Of a DNA stretch of 64,000 bases, positions 53,732-64,000 are shown piece after piece. A model generated the notes under the pieces. The model was not told the origin of the DNA, searched no databases, and saw only the letters and a program-made list of their open reading frames with translations. The DNA comes from Octopus sinensis (taxonomy: Eukaryota). The position numbers were made by a program, and so were the translations under genes. Each line of letters begins with the position of its first letter. Within the stretch, counting starts at the first letter, position 1. The stretch covers positions 19,406,001 to 19,470,000 of the forward strand of contig NC_043012.1 of the NCBI RefSeq assembly GCF_006345805.1. The letters are read 5' to 3'.

Positions 53732-54146
53732 CTTTATTTTAAGCAGCAGAAAATTCAACAAAATCTGTTACTCTGAGTTTCTCGTTGCCGTTCATCAGAC
53801 AGTTTTTGCTAGAATGGAACTGATATATCAATTCAATCTATACTCTTACAAACGCTACACCTTTAAAAAGAAATGGACTTGTTTGATTGGCCCTTTAGAA
53901 AAAACGGTCAATCTTCGAGCGATCAAACAAGTCCATTTCTTTTTAAAGGTGTAGCGTTTGTAAGAGTATAGATTGAATTGATATATCAGTTCCATTCTAG
54001 CAAAAACTGTCTGATGAACGGCAACGAGAAACTCAGAGTAACAGATTTTGTTGAATTTTCTGCTGCTTAAAATAAAGCATATTACTCTACCACTGGTATT
54101 TGAGTACTCTTCTTTCCGCCTTGTTTCACATTTATGTGTTTACTCC

Positions 54147-54148
<2 letters not shown>
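53732..54148. mobile_element. Young PLE-like inverted structure: 156-bp inverted repeat plus a one-sided tail extension
   Basis: Arms 53732-53887 and 53922-54077 appear to be exact reverse complements with a 34-bp spacer; the right arm continues about 70 bp; (TA)n on both sides. Confidence 0.85.
54007..54044 (+). ncRNA. Type I hammerhead ribozyme-like motif (mirror copy on the minus strand at 53765-53802)
   Basis: ctgt-CTGATGA-a-cg GCAA cg-a-GAAA-CTCAGAG-TA-acag: canonical core, GNRA-capped 2-bp stem II, near-palindromic stem III, GUA triplet (predicted cut after 54040), 4-bp stem I. Confidence 0.7.
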
Positions 54149-54207
<59 letters not shown>

Positions 54208-54451
54208 ATATATATATATATATATATACATATATGTATATGTATATATGTGTGTGTGTTTCTATGTATGTCTATAGGGAGTAAATTTAAGAGGAGGAAT
54301 AAGAAGAGAAAGAGAGACAGCAAAGGAGAGATAAGGAGTGCTCCTTCTGACTCTCTCGCCTTTCTTTCTTCTTATCTATACATATTCTACCCACTAGCGT
54401 TTAGCCATATGGTTATAATTTTATATGCATTTCAATATTTCTTGAACATTA

Positions 54452-54640
54452 AGGGCGACGTGTAGTCAGAACTGTTAGCACGCCTGATAAAAAGCAGGAC
54501 AGCATTTTCTCCGCCGTGACGTTTTCAATTCATATTACTTTCCCGGTCGAAAACATAATTACCAGTTAAACACTGGAGTCAACGCTATCGATAAGCTTTC
54601 CCCTCCAACATATCAGGCGTATAGCTATAGTAGGAAGGAT
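54452..54640 (+). mobile_element. Diverged SINE family 2 copy
   Basis: gggcgacgtgtagtcagaactgttagcacgcc...ggtcgaaaacataattaccagttaaacactggagtc is colinear with the family 2 consensus. Confidence 0.55.
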
Positions 54641-56252
54641 TATTTATTGAGCATGATATTCAGATAATACTTACAAATCTATTTTAGAAACCGTTCCCAC
54701 TAAAATTTGCAGGTAAAACGTTTTGAACATTATCCATCCTCTTACTCGGCCAACATCGTAGCGAAATTTTCTGCATTTTCTTAATCCTGAAATATCAGTT
54801 TAGATGCAAGTAATAGTAAAATATATCTTTCGTAATATAGCATTGTCATCTATTTTGTGTTTCTCTATTACACATGGTATTCAACAAATTGGTTCATATT
54901 TCGTGTACTGGCTTCTTAATTTCGTTTCGAAATTGGTTATTATGTTTGCTTCCATAGAGAAAGTTTAGATATTCACAATGTTCGAGACGAGGAGGAGGCA
55001 TTAAAAAAGAAACACAGAAAAGCATTCGGAATTAATTTGATATTCAAGTGTTTTAGTCACCACTCCAAAACGATGATATAGTAGATTTAACTTATACGGT
55101 ATCCTGGGAATGAGGTAATTAAATTTCTGTCGCAAAAGCAAGTTGTTCACGAATGGAAGAATCTATATTCCAAGTAATTGTTCCTTAAACAGACAAATTA
55201 AAAGAAATCCTACTATAACGTTGAAGAACAAGTTAATGGGTGTATTGCGAACACTTAAACCGGTTTGTAGTTTAGCGTTACGAGAGAATCGATTCACATT
55301 TGCACTTTTCAAATAGTTGTAAACGATGGACGGGAAATAGTCTCTAAATGAAATAATGAAATAGATAAGAATGGAAACAGAATATCTTAAGGTTATGTGT
55401 TTTGTTCAACTAACAGAATCATTTATTTGCATCAATTTATATGGCTTCCATGTTATTGTTTTTATATTGATTAACACACATTTACTTCTGTTGCTATTTG
55501 GTGTCCACAATCGCTCATTGTTTCGTTATGTATTGGATTTCTGTTTTCTTTTTCTCAGGCAATATTCCATACACGGAATCCAAACATGTTTTATTTTAAC
55601 ACATGTTATAAGCGGATACTCAATAAAAACCCATTGTGTTAAAAATATCTTGTAGTATATAGCCAAATGACGAAGTACATCTAGGAATATATATTTCGAA
55701 AATCATTCAAAACAAAACAATTTGCTACCTATTATTTAAATACTGATGCAAAAATTGTAATAATGGCTTTCTGTAGGAAGTCCATACAAATGATACGAAG
55801 ATACATTTGTATTTCATTATAGCAACTCAGATAGTTCTCTTAATTCATGCACAGAAAATTTAACAAATGCATTTTCTTTTCCCGATAATAATGGAGTGTG
55901 CGTTCAGTACTTTCTATTATCATTTGTATGTTGTGAAATATTAGGATTGTAATCTGTAAAAAAAAATGTAGTTAGACAAATGTGTATTACTCATACTACA
56001 CTGATTCAGTTAGGTACAAATGTTCGCTTATAGGTTCTAAGAGGAAAGGACATTTGTAACGGCCACAATCACAACCCGAAGCACGCTTAAAGCATTGCTC
56101 ATCCGTCTGTGCTACAACCAGATATACTAAGTTTAGCACACTCATATGCACACATATTGATAAGTGGCAAGACAAGACTTTTCTAAATATATCAGCCACA
56201 CGGGTTTCTTATCACCACTGAACTTAACAGTGTCCTATGTGGTGGAATTCGC

Positions 56253-56336
<84 letters not shown>

Positions 56337-56505
56337 TTATGTATGCATACATGCATACATGTAATCGTACTTGTCCGCGTCTGTGTTTGTGCATACATAT
56401 AAGTATATGAGTTCTGGGTGAATTCGTCTAGAAAAATTTAGCTCAATTTATCTGTGCGCGGTTGTATGTGTGTATGTAGGTATGTATACATATATATATC
56501 TATAT

Positions 56506-56544
<39 letters not shown>

Positions 56545-56577
56545 TATATATACATTTGGGCAGATGTATACACACAT

Positions 56578-56637
<60 letters not shown>

Positions 56638-56799
56638 TGTATGTATATGTGTATGTATGTCTGTACATATGTGAGATAATAGTTTCACTTTAATAGCTTC
56701 AGTATTAAAGTGAACTATTAAAGTGGAAATATCTGACATTACAATAGAGTTATGTTATTGTTTCACTTATGACACGTTATACTGAAGATATGATATTGC

Positions 56800-56998
56800 T
56801 CTGAGTTCGCACTACGCAAAAAAACTAAAATTTTTGGTGCCTATAACACTACATGGAACCTAAGTAAAGCATGTGTAAAATTTGAATGAAATTGGTTGTG
56901 TAGTTCTCATGTTTTAGGGATTCATACACACACACACACACACAAACACACAGACAGACAGGCAGACACACATACATTCTCATATTTATATATACAGA
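56800..56998 (-). mobile_element. Possible Helitron-like 5' fragment with (GTCT)n/(GT)n tract
   Basis: Minus strand begins a|TCtgtatatataaa followed by GT/GTCT repeats, as in short non-autonomous Helitrons. No 3' end seen. Confidence 0.4.
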
Positions 56999-58166
56999 TT
57001 CCAGTTTCTTAAAAATGGGGGGAGGATCAGAGTAAAATAATCATGCGTTTGGTAGAACCGCCATCCATCGTATAAATAATAAATCTTTAGGTAATGTCCG
57101 TTAGTAGGTTTAGATCAGAAAGGTAAACGACAATCCTTCCGGAAGTAAAGGTGTAATTTGTTTCAATTTCGAATGTTCACTATATATATATATAGCCGTG
57201 TTAATGAGGCTACGAATATTACTTCATATAAATATATGCATGTACACATACACACATATACATACATATACCCACACACGCGTACACACGCAAACACACA
57301 CATACATACATATAAAACTTACTCTAAATAAAAGCCGTGGTGCGTCGTGTTCTGTTACTTAATAAATGAAATAAGGTGATGTAAAGAAATAATCGACAGG
57401 TAGAAAGCGTATAACGTATACTGAGTGGACAAACGGACGGAAGAGGTCCTTAATTTTTCATCGGATACCAACCATATATTATTACTCAGTTTCGCCCCAT
57501 TAATAAGACTGAGAGGCTTCCCATACTGGCAGTGCTTGCGAGAGTCGAAGCAAATATAGGGCCGAGAGCAAGCAATTCATGGATAAAAAGCATTACAGAA
57601 GGGAACATACGAAAGGGAATAAATATAATGATGGACGATATAAAGATATGATCGAAGGATCCAGGTCTCCGAGGTTAGTAGGCATCGAGCATTCCGTAGA
57701 TAGTATAATGAAGGTATAGCCTGGATTTTACCTACTCCACTCCCTAAATTTATATTATATATATGAATATATGGGTATAGAATGTCACCAACAGTGTAAA
57801 CAACATGGAGTGCGAAATCACACGAATTAATTACGCAAACAACGAGAGGAAAAATGGGAAAAATGGATGAGTAACATAGAAAACGACACTTCATCAGTTG
57901 TCAGATGTCTATCTTCTCCTCATTTCGAGCATTTAACGACAATATGGGTCTAAGAAGACAGTTGGTCCCATAAATTCCGAAATAATTTGGAAAAAAAAAA
58001 ACAGGATAGTGGAGCGAAAACTAACATGGAAGGTCGTTAGACGAGAGGAAAATAGTGAACGCTGGAAGTGAACGGCACAAGCCCCGCCAACCCCCCCACA
58101 CACACATATTATTTATATCTATATATCCATATATATATATTATATATATATTATATATATTATATA

Positions 58167-58663
<497 letters not shown>

Positions 58664-58959
58664 AATATGCTTTTTTTTTCAGTCATAGAGTTAGATTTAT
58701 GAAGGTCTTCAGTAGAAAATCCTTCGAATTCTGACTCGCTGCTTGATATAATGAAATTCGTATCCACTTTTTGTTAGAATTACAAATTTTGAAAACACAA
58801 TAGGAACAAATTTCGGAAAAAAATCTCCCATAATTCACGGAATTAAAATTACACTTCGATTTTTGTACAAAACTGTATTTGAAGTGTTTATGAAGTATAA
58901 TACGTATTTTCACGAATGTACTAAAGAGATTTACTCTGATATTCTCATTTAAATATGAA

Positions 58960-59435
58960 TAGGTTAATTCGGGCGGTTTGGTAACGAAAGGGTTTATATA
59001 AGTGTCGTCTGTTTATACATAAACACTGTTTCATACTTTCAGTTTAGTCTTCCTCAAATCACTCTCTCTCTCTTCCAAGAACATTTTCACTCACTCGTAT
59101 CTGTTAGCTTGCCATACATTTTACTCATGTATCTATCAGCGTGATAGACAGAAACAAATATTACATCTAGTTTCACTTTATTCGTTGCACACTGTGTGTG
59201 TGCGTTTGCGTGTGCTGTAAACCAGACTAAGAAAAGCATTTGACATACACACCAGAATGTGAGTTTTCTGTAAAGTTTGCTTAATTGGAGTTTAAATTTT
59301 AAAAACTGGACCTGGCATGACCCGATGCATTCTACTCTTAAAAATGCTAGGTAAATTGTAATTGAAGAAATCCTATATTGTAGATTTCTATAAGTTACAA
59401 AGGGAGGCAGATAAAATCTGCCTTTTATAATAAGA
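58960..59435 (-). mobile_element. Possible Helitron-like fragment
   Basis: Minus strand begins a|TCttattataaaa with the hairpin aggcagattttatctgcct; the other end is undefined. Confidence 0.3.
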
Positions 59436-59541
59436 TATATTATATATATATATATATATAATAATAAATATTAGGGAATAAATCCAAATTTACAGGTAAA
59501 AAATCAGATTTAGGATTAAATCCAATTTTATAGTAAAATAT

Positions 59542-59718
59542 TATATAATATTATTAGAGACAAAACCACTATTTTGCAAAACAAACAAGGAAAGCCTTAA
59601 TCAATACATAAAATTTTAATAATAATAAAATGACTTTTTATTAAAATTTTATGTATTGATTAAGTCTTTCCTTGTTTGTTTTGCAAAATAGTGGTTTTGT
59701 CTCTAATAATATTATATA
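59542..59718. repeat. Inverted repeat with about 81-bp arms
   Basis: Arms 59542-59622 and 59638-59718, one mismatch seen, 15-bp spacer; (TA)n nearby on both sides. Confidence 0.9.
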
Positions 59719-60654
59719 TATATATATATATACCAGAAGAAATAAGGTACTCAGAAACATGGATGGTTTTGTATTTACAGATATTTATTGATATGTCACA
59801 CGTTTTTATATATCATATATTAGCGCTTGCGTCTATTCTAGTGGTGTCTGCAGATTCTTCTAATATCTTCTAATATATAATACCTGTGCATCATCTGTAT
59901 ATATAAGTGTGCGTGTGTGTATGTGTGTATGTATGTGCGTGTGTGTGTATGTGTGTGTGTGTGCGTATGTGTGTGTGTATAATTATATTGATTTATGTGC
60001 GGGTTTTTTTCGGCGGTGTACCTACAGTATCATATTTGCTCCATATTTATAAAACGCAATATACAAATCTCAAAAGTATTAAGATGTCAATATTTATTTA
60101 ATGTACCCAAATGTATATATGATATTTAACTCTTATTGTCATGCTGTCCCCAACTACTTACTTAACCCAATAAAATATCTTCTCCTTGAACAATCTAATT
60201 TAAATGAAGTGAATCATTTAATTTATATTATAGAATTGATGTCAACTTCCGAACTTCATTGTGTACATTATGTTGTTACTAATGAAGTGAAAAGCGTGAG
60301 ACACACTTATAGTTAAAATACTTGATTGTTGCTTGCAAATTCATCGTATAAATGGAAGAATAACATCTCTATCGATTTATTCAAGAGATATGTAATTATG
60401 ACAGTCTAATAATTATGGAAGACAATTCGATGCTTATTTAAATTAATCTCCTTACAAATGAATTTAAATGTATATACATAGATCTAAGTACACAATATAA
60501 TCACACAGACAACGTACTCTTTAGGGAATCTATATCTAACTATATATTTGTACTCATATGCATCTACATCTATCACTGCCTGTTTGTCTGTCTGTCTTCC
60601 CTCTCTCTCTCTCTCTCTCTCTCACTATACGTCTGTGTGTATACATACATATAA

Positions 60655-61112
60655 ATGCAATCCAACAACACCAGAGACGTTGGAGCAATTGTTGATAACA
60701 GTCTAAGCTGGAGTTCCCACTTACACAGCAAGGTTGACTTGGCCCACAATATGTGCTCCTGGATTCGGAGAACTTTGCAGTCTAGAGATGCCCATACCAT
60801 CATCCTTCTCTACTATACTATTGCCTGACCCCACCTACAAAAATCGAACCCAGGACACATAACATTGCATCGCAACTACATTACCTCAACCGGTCCAGCC
60901 CTCCTTAATACCATACCAAAATACGTCAAAACGAAAACGGATACCATAAACTTCAATAGTTCACTGGAAAAATTTCTTCAAAAAAATTCCGAACTAATCT
61001 CCTACACTCGTGTATGTCTCCAACAATAATAACTCTTTGGTACGGTGGGCCATGGTAAATCATAAATGACTGAAAGGCTTAATCAGGTTGTGCTATTAAG
61101 CTTAGACAAGGC
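60655..61112 (+). mobile_element. Decayed 3' end of a CR1-like LINE
   Basis: TLHRNYITSTGPALLNTIPKYVK...FNSSLEKFLQKIP...NNNSL resembles the GPxLFNxLP...FKxxLDKFL C-terminus of CR1/L2-group ORF2. Confidence 0.55.
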
Positions 61113-62993
61113 CTGGAAAACATGTCAAAGTTATATATGCATACATATATATCTGTGTACATATGTAGTTAAAAATATATCCATATATATACATACATAT
61201 ACACACACACACGCGCACACACATACACACATATATGAAATAGAAGTACTATTTTTAATTCTCTCAAAGAGAGATATACAGTAATAGCACCATAAATAAA
61301 TGACTTTTTCTCAATGTTATGTGGCAGCCCCATGATGGGACGAATGTGTCTGTTATTTACCCCCAGGAAACATCATTTTCAGCTGGATATACGGCACGAA
61401 ATAAAGTCCGTGTCCTTGTGTTTTTAAAATAGAAGTGAGAGGACAGTGTCTAAGATCGTGGAGCATGAAGTTGAAATGGATTTGATAAAAATTATTACAC
61501 GCTACATTACACATTATAGTCTTAAACAGTTACGTCATATTTGTATGTTTGGAACAGAAACAATTTTGGTCTATTTATGTTTTAAACTCTGCCTCCATAT
61601 GCGTAACAACTGGAAAATCCATTAGCATTTTCTTGGAGGATATTTATGTAGAAAGCAATATATATCCCTCTCAAGAAATGTTTGATCATACCCAAACTGT
61701 CGAAATTACTCGATATTCCGAAAAGCAAATTTTGAATTTTCTTTCAAATTTTCCTTGCTGTATAACTTACAAAGAAGATTTGCTCTGAAACTTTCTATTC
61801 CATTAAGATTCTTCTTGAAAACAGTGCACAGAAATGAATCTTCCATGAGTTATTGCAGTGAATATCGCAACAGAAAAACATAGGAAGAATTTTAAAAGCT
61901 TAAACGTATGCAAACGTATGCACACTCACTCACTTTCTTAGATAAAATTTTGGTATTTTGGTATTTCAAGAGTATTGCTAGTCGTCAGCCATTTTGAATT
62001 TGGTGACAGTAATTGATTTTTATTACCATCAGGTGGACTGCGATTGGTTGAGAAATTTCATGTTGTGCCGTGGTTAGATGTTGGTATATGTGTAACTGTT
62101 AGTTGGAAAATAACACATGGTAAACATGAAATAGATCACATGGCGGTTAGGAAGTCAGTCAGATTGTTGGGGGGGGGGGTAGGAAGGGGTGGCTTGTGCA
62201 AATATATAGTTCTATATGTGGGTGTGCGCATCTGTACATGGGCGCACACTGATATGCATGTGTGCATATATGCAAATATACATATGTACATACGAATGAA
62301 TACGCATGTGTATGCGTGTGTCTATGCGTGCACCTGTGCCCGTGTGCGTATGCACGTATAAGCGTGTGTATGTGTGCGTGTGTGTACGGGGGTGCAGACT
62401 ATCAGTAAATTCAAATTTCAGAAGAGCGAAAACAATATTAAATTAAATTTCGTCGATTTTTTTCTACATTTTATAAAAAAACGCATTCAAGCAATAAATA
62501 TCATTGTCGATTCACTGTCAATGGTAAGTTATTTTTACGTTAAATCCCTATAAAAACTTCGAAAGAAGTGTATTTTGCGTGAAATTTAGTTATCTCTTCA
62601 AGCCTAATACGTCAAGTCCTTATTTGATACACAGATATATGATATAACACTATGCTCCTCGGCATAAATTTCTGACGCAGAAAATAAACCTGCACATATT
62701 AGTTTCAAATTTTAGCACAAGGTCAGTAATTCCTGAGCAGGGATTAAATCGATTACGTTGAAACCAGAGATCAACTGGCATTTATTTATCGAACCCAAAA
62801 GGGTGGAAAACAGAATCATTATAACCGATTCTGAGAGAAAATTAAGAATACGGAACTATAATGATGTCTATTTAATCTGATTACGAAATTAGAATCGCTA
62901 CCCACTACAACAGTCTGTTCTTGCAGAATGATCACATCAAAGTTAAGAGCCTCGACAATGCTATCTCGGTCCACAATAATGGTCATCTTAGCA

Positions 62994-63200
62994 CTCTTTT
63001 TTATTCTTTTACTTGTTTTAGTCATTTCACTGCGGTCATGCTGAAGCACTTCCTTTAGTCTAACAAATCAAAATCAGGTTTTATTTTTTGTAAGCCTTGT
63101 ACTTATCCTGTCGGTCTCTTTTGCCGAACCGCAAATTTATGGGGATGGAAACAGACCAACATCGGTGGTCAAGCGATGGTAGGGAACAAACACAGACGCA
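62994..63200 (-). mobile_element. SINE family 1, 3' half
   Basis: ttttacttgttttagtcatttcactgcggtcatgctg...tcggtctcttttgccgaaccgc matches 39620-39800. Confidence 0.8.
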
Positions 63201-63248
63201 ACTACATCCATCCATCCATACATATATACATATATACATATATACATA

Positions 63249-63283
<35 letters not shown>

Positions 63284-63574
63284 TGTGTGTGTGTGTGTTT
63301 GTGTATAAGCACACACGCACGCACACACACGCGCACACACACATAAACACATATATATATAGAGAGAGGATATTAAAACATTCGGACAGATAGACGATAC
63401 AAAGGTGGACAAGAGAAACATCAATAATAAGGACAGGCAAAAAAAAAAGACGGGTTATTCGTGGTTTTCTTTCCTCAATCAAGTCCCTGAAGTCTCGCCT
63501 ATTTCGTAGCAGGATCAAATCAAAATTAAGTGCTTCGACCATGCTATCTCGGCCCACTTTACAGATCATCTCGG

Positions 63575-63800
63575 CACTCTTTTCATTCTTGTATTCTTTT
63601 ACTTGTTTCAGTCATTTCGAACTGGTTCCACAAATGGCAGGTTTTTCTCTCAGCTTCTGTCTACCAAATCCACTCAGAAGACTTTGGTGGGCTCGCGGCT
63701 ATAGTAGAAGACACTTGCCATAAATGTCACGCAATGGGTTTGAGCCTGGAACCACTTGGTTGGGAAGCAAGCTTCTTACCACACAGCCACTCCTGCGCCT
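63575..63800 (-). mobile_element. SINE family 1 copy with internal deletion
   Basis: Head ggcgcaggagtggctgtgtggtaag at 63799 downward; the tail tip is joined almost directly to the 5' body. Confidence 0.8.
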
Positions 63801-64000
63801 AAATAGCATGCGCATATATTTCTATGAAAATATTTTATTTAATATATAGTCATGTTTTCTATATACTCAACTGGAATGTTTGTTTAATAAAAGAAAACAG
63901 TCTACTTTGTATTCTGTGCTTCTAAATGATACAAAGAACGCAATATCTAAGTGTGCTCTCGGCTGTACCAGAAGTGCAGCTTTTACTAGTGTAGATGTAT

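Noticed and set aside
57870-57910. CTGATGAAG on the minus strand (and CGGATGAAGAG...CTC near 26410)
   Set aside because: No stem II/GAAA at 57870-57910, and two core mismatches near 26410; could be chance or too decayed.

Overview
AT-rich, microsatellite-dense eukaryotic DNA, intronic or intergenic. The repeat repertoire is most like that of an Octopus/cephalopod genome (inference; no database search). I found no supportable host exon, rRNA, true tRNA or CRISPR array, and most listed ORFs are translations of simple repeats. The window is a mosaic of decayed mobile DNA: three conventional tRNA-derived SINE families, mariner/Tc1 transposase relics, CR1-like and R4/Dong-like LINE fragments, a Penelope-like (PLE) RT/GIY-YIG relic and non-autonomous Helitrons. 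The main unexplained signal is about 20 hammerhead-ribozyme (HHR)-like motifs (CTGANGA - hairpin - GAAA - palindrome - stem I) in at least six unrelated short repeat families, often in inverted or partial-tandem arrangements. The most striking family is a chimera of a tRNA-like Pol III head, an (AAT)n tract, a minimal HHR and a PLE-like tail. It occurs at six loci, five with an inverted segment, and is a candidate Penelope-mobilised SINE or Pol III retrozyme. Its AAT tract also receives insertions from (AAT)n-targeting elements. Coordinates were read by eye; element edges may be off by about 10-20 bp.
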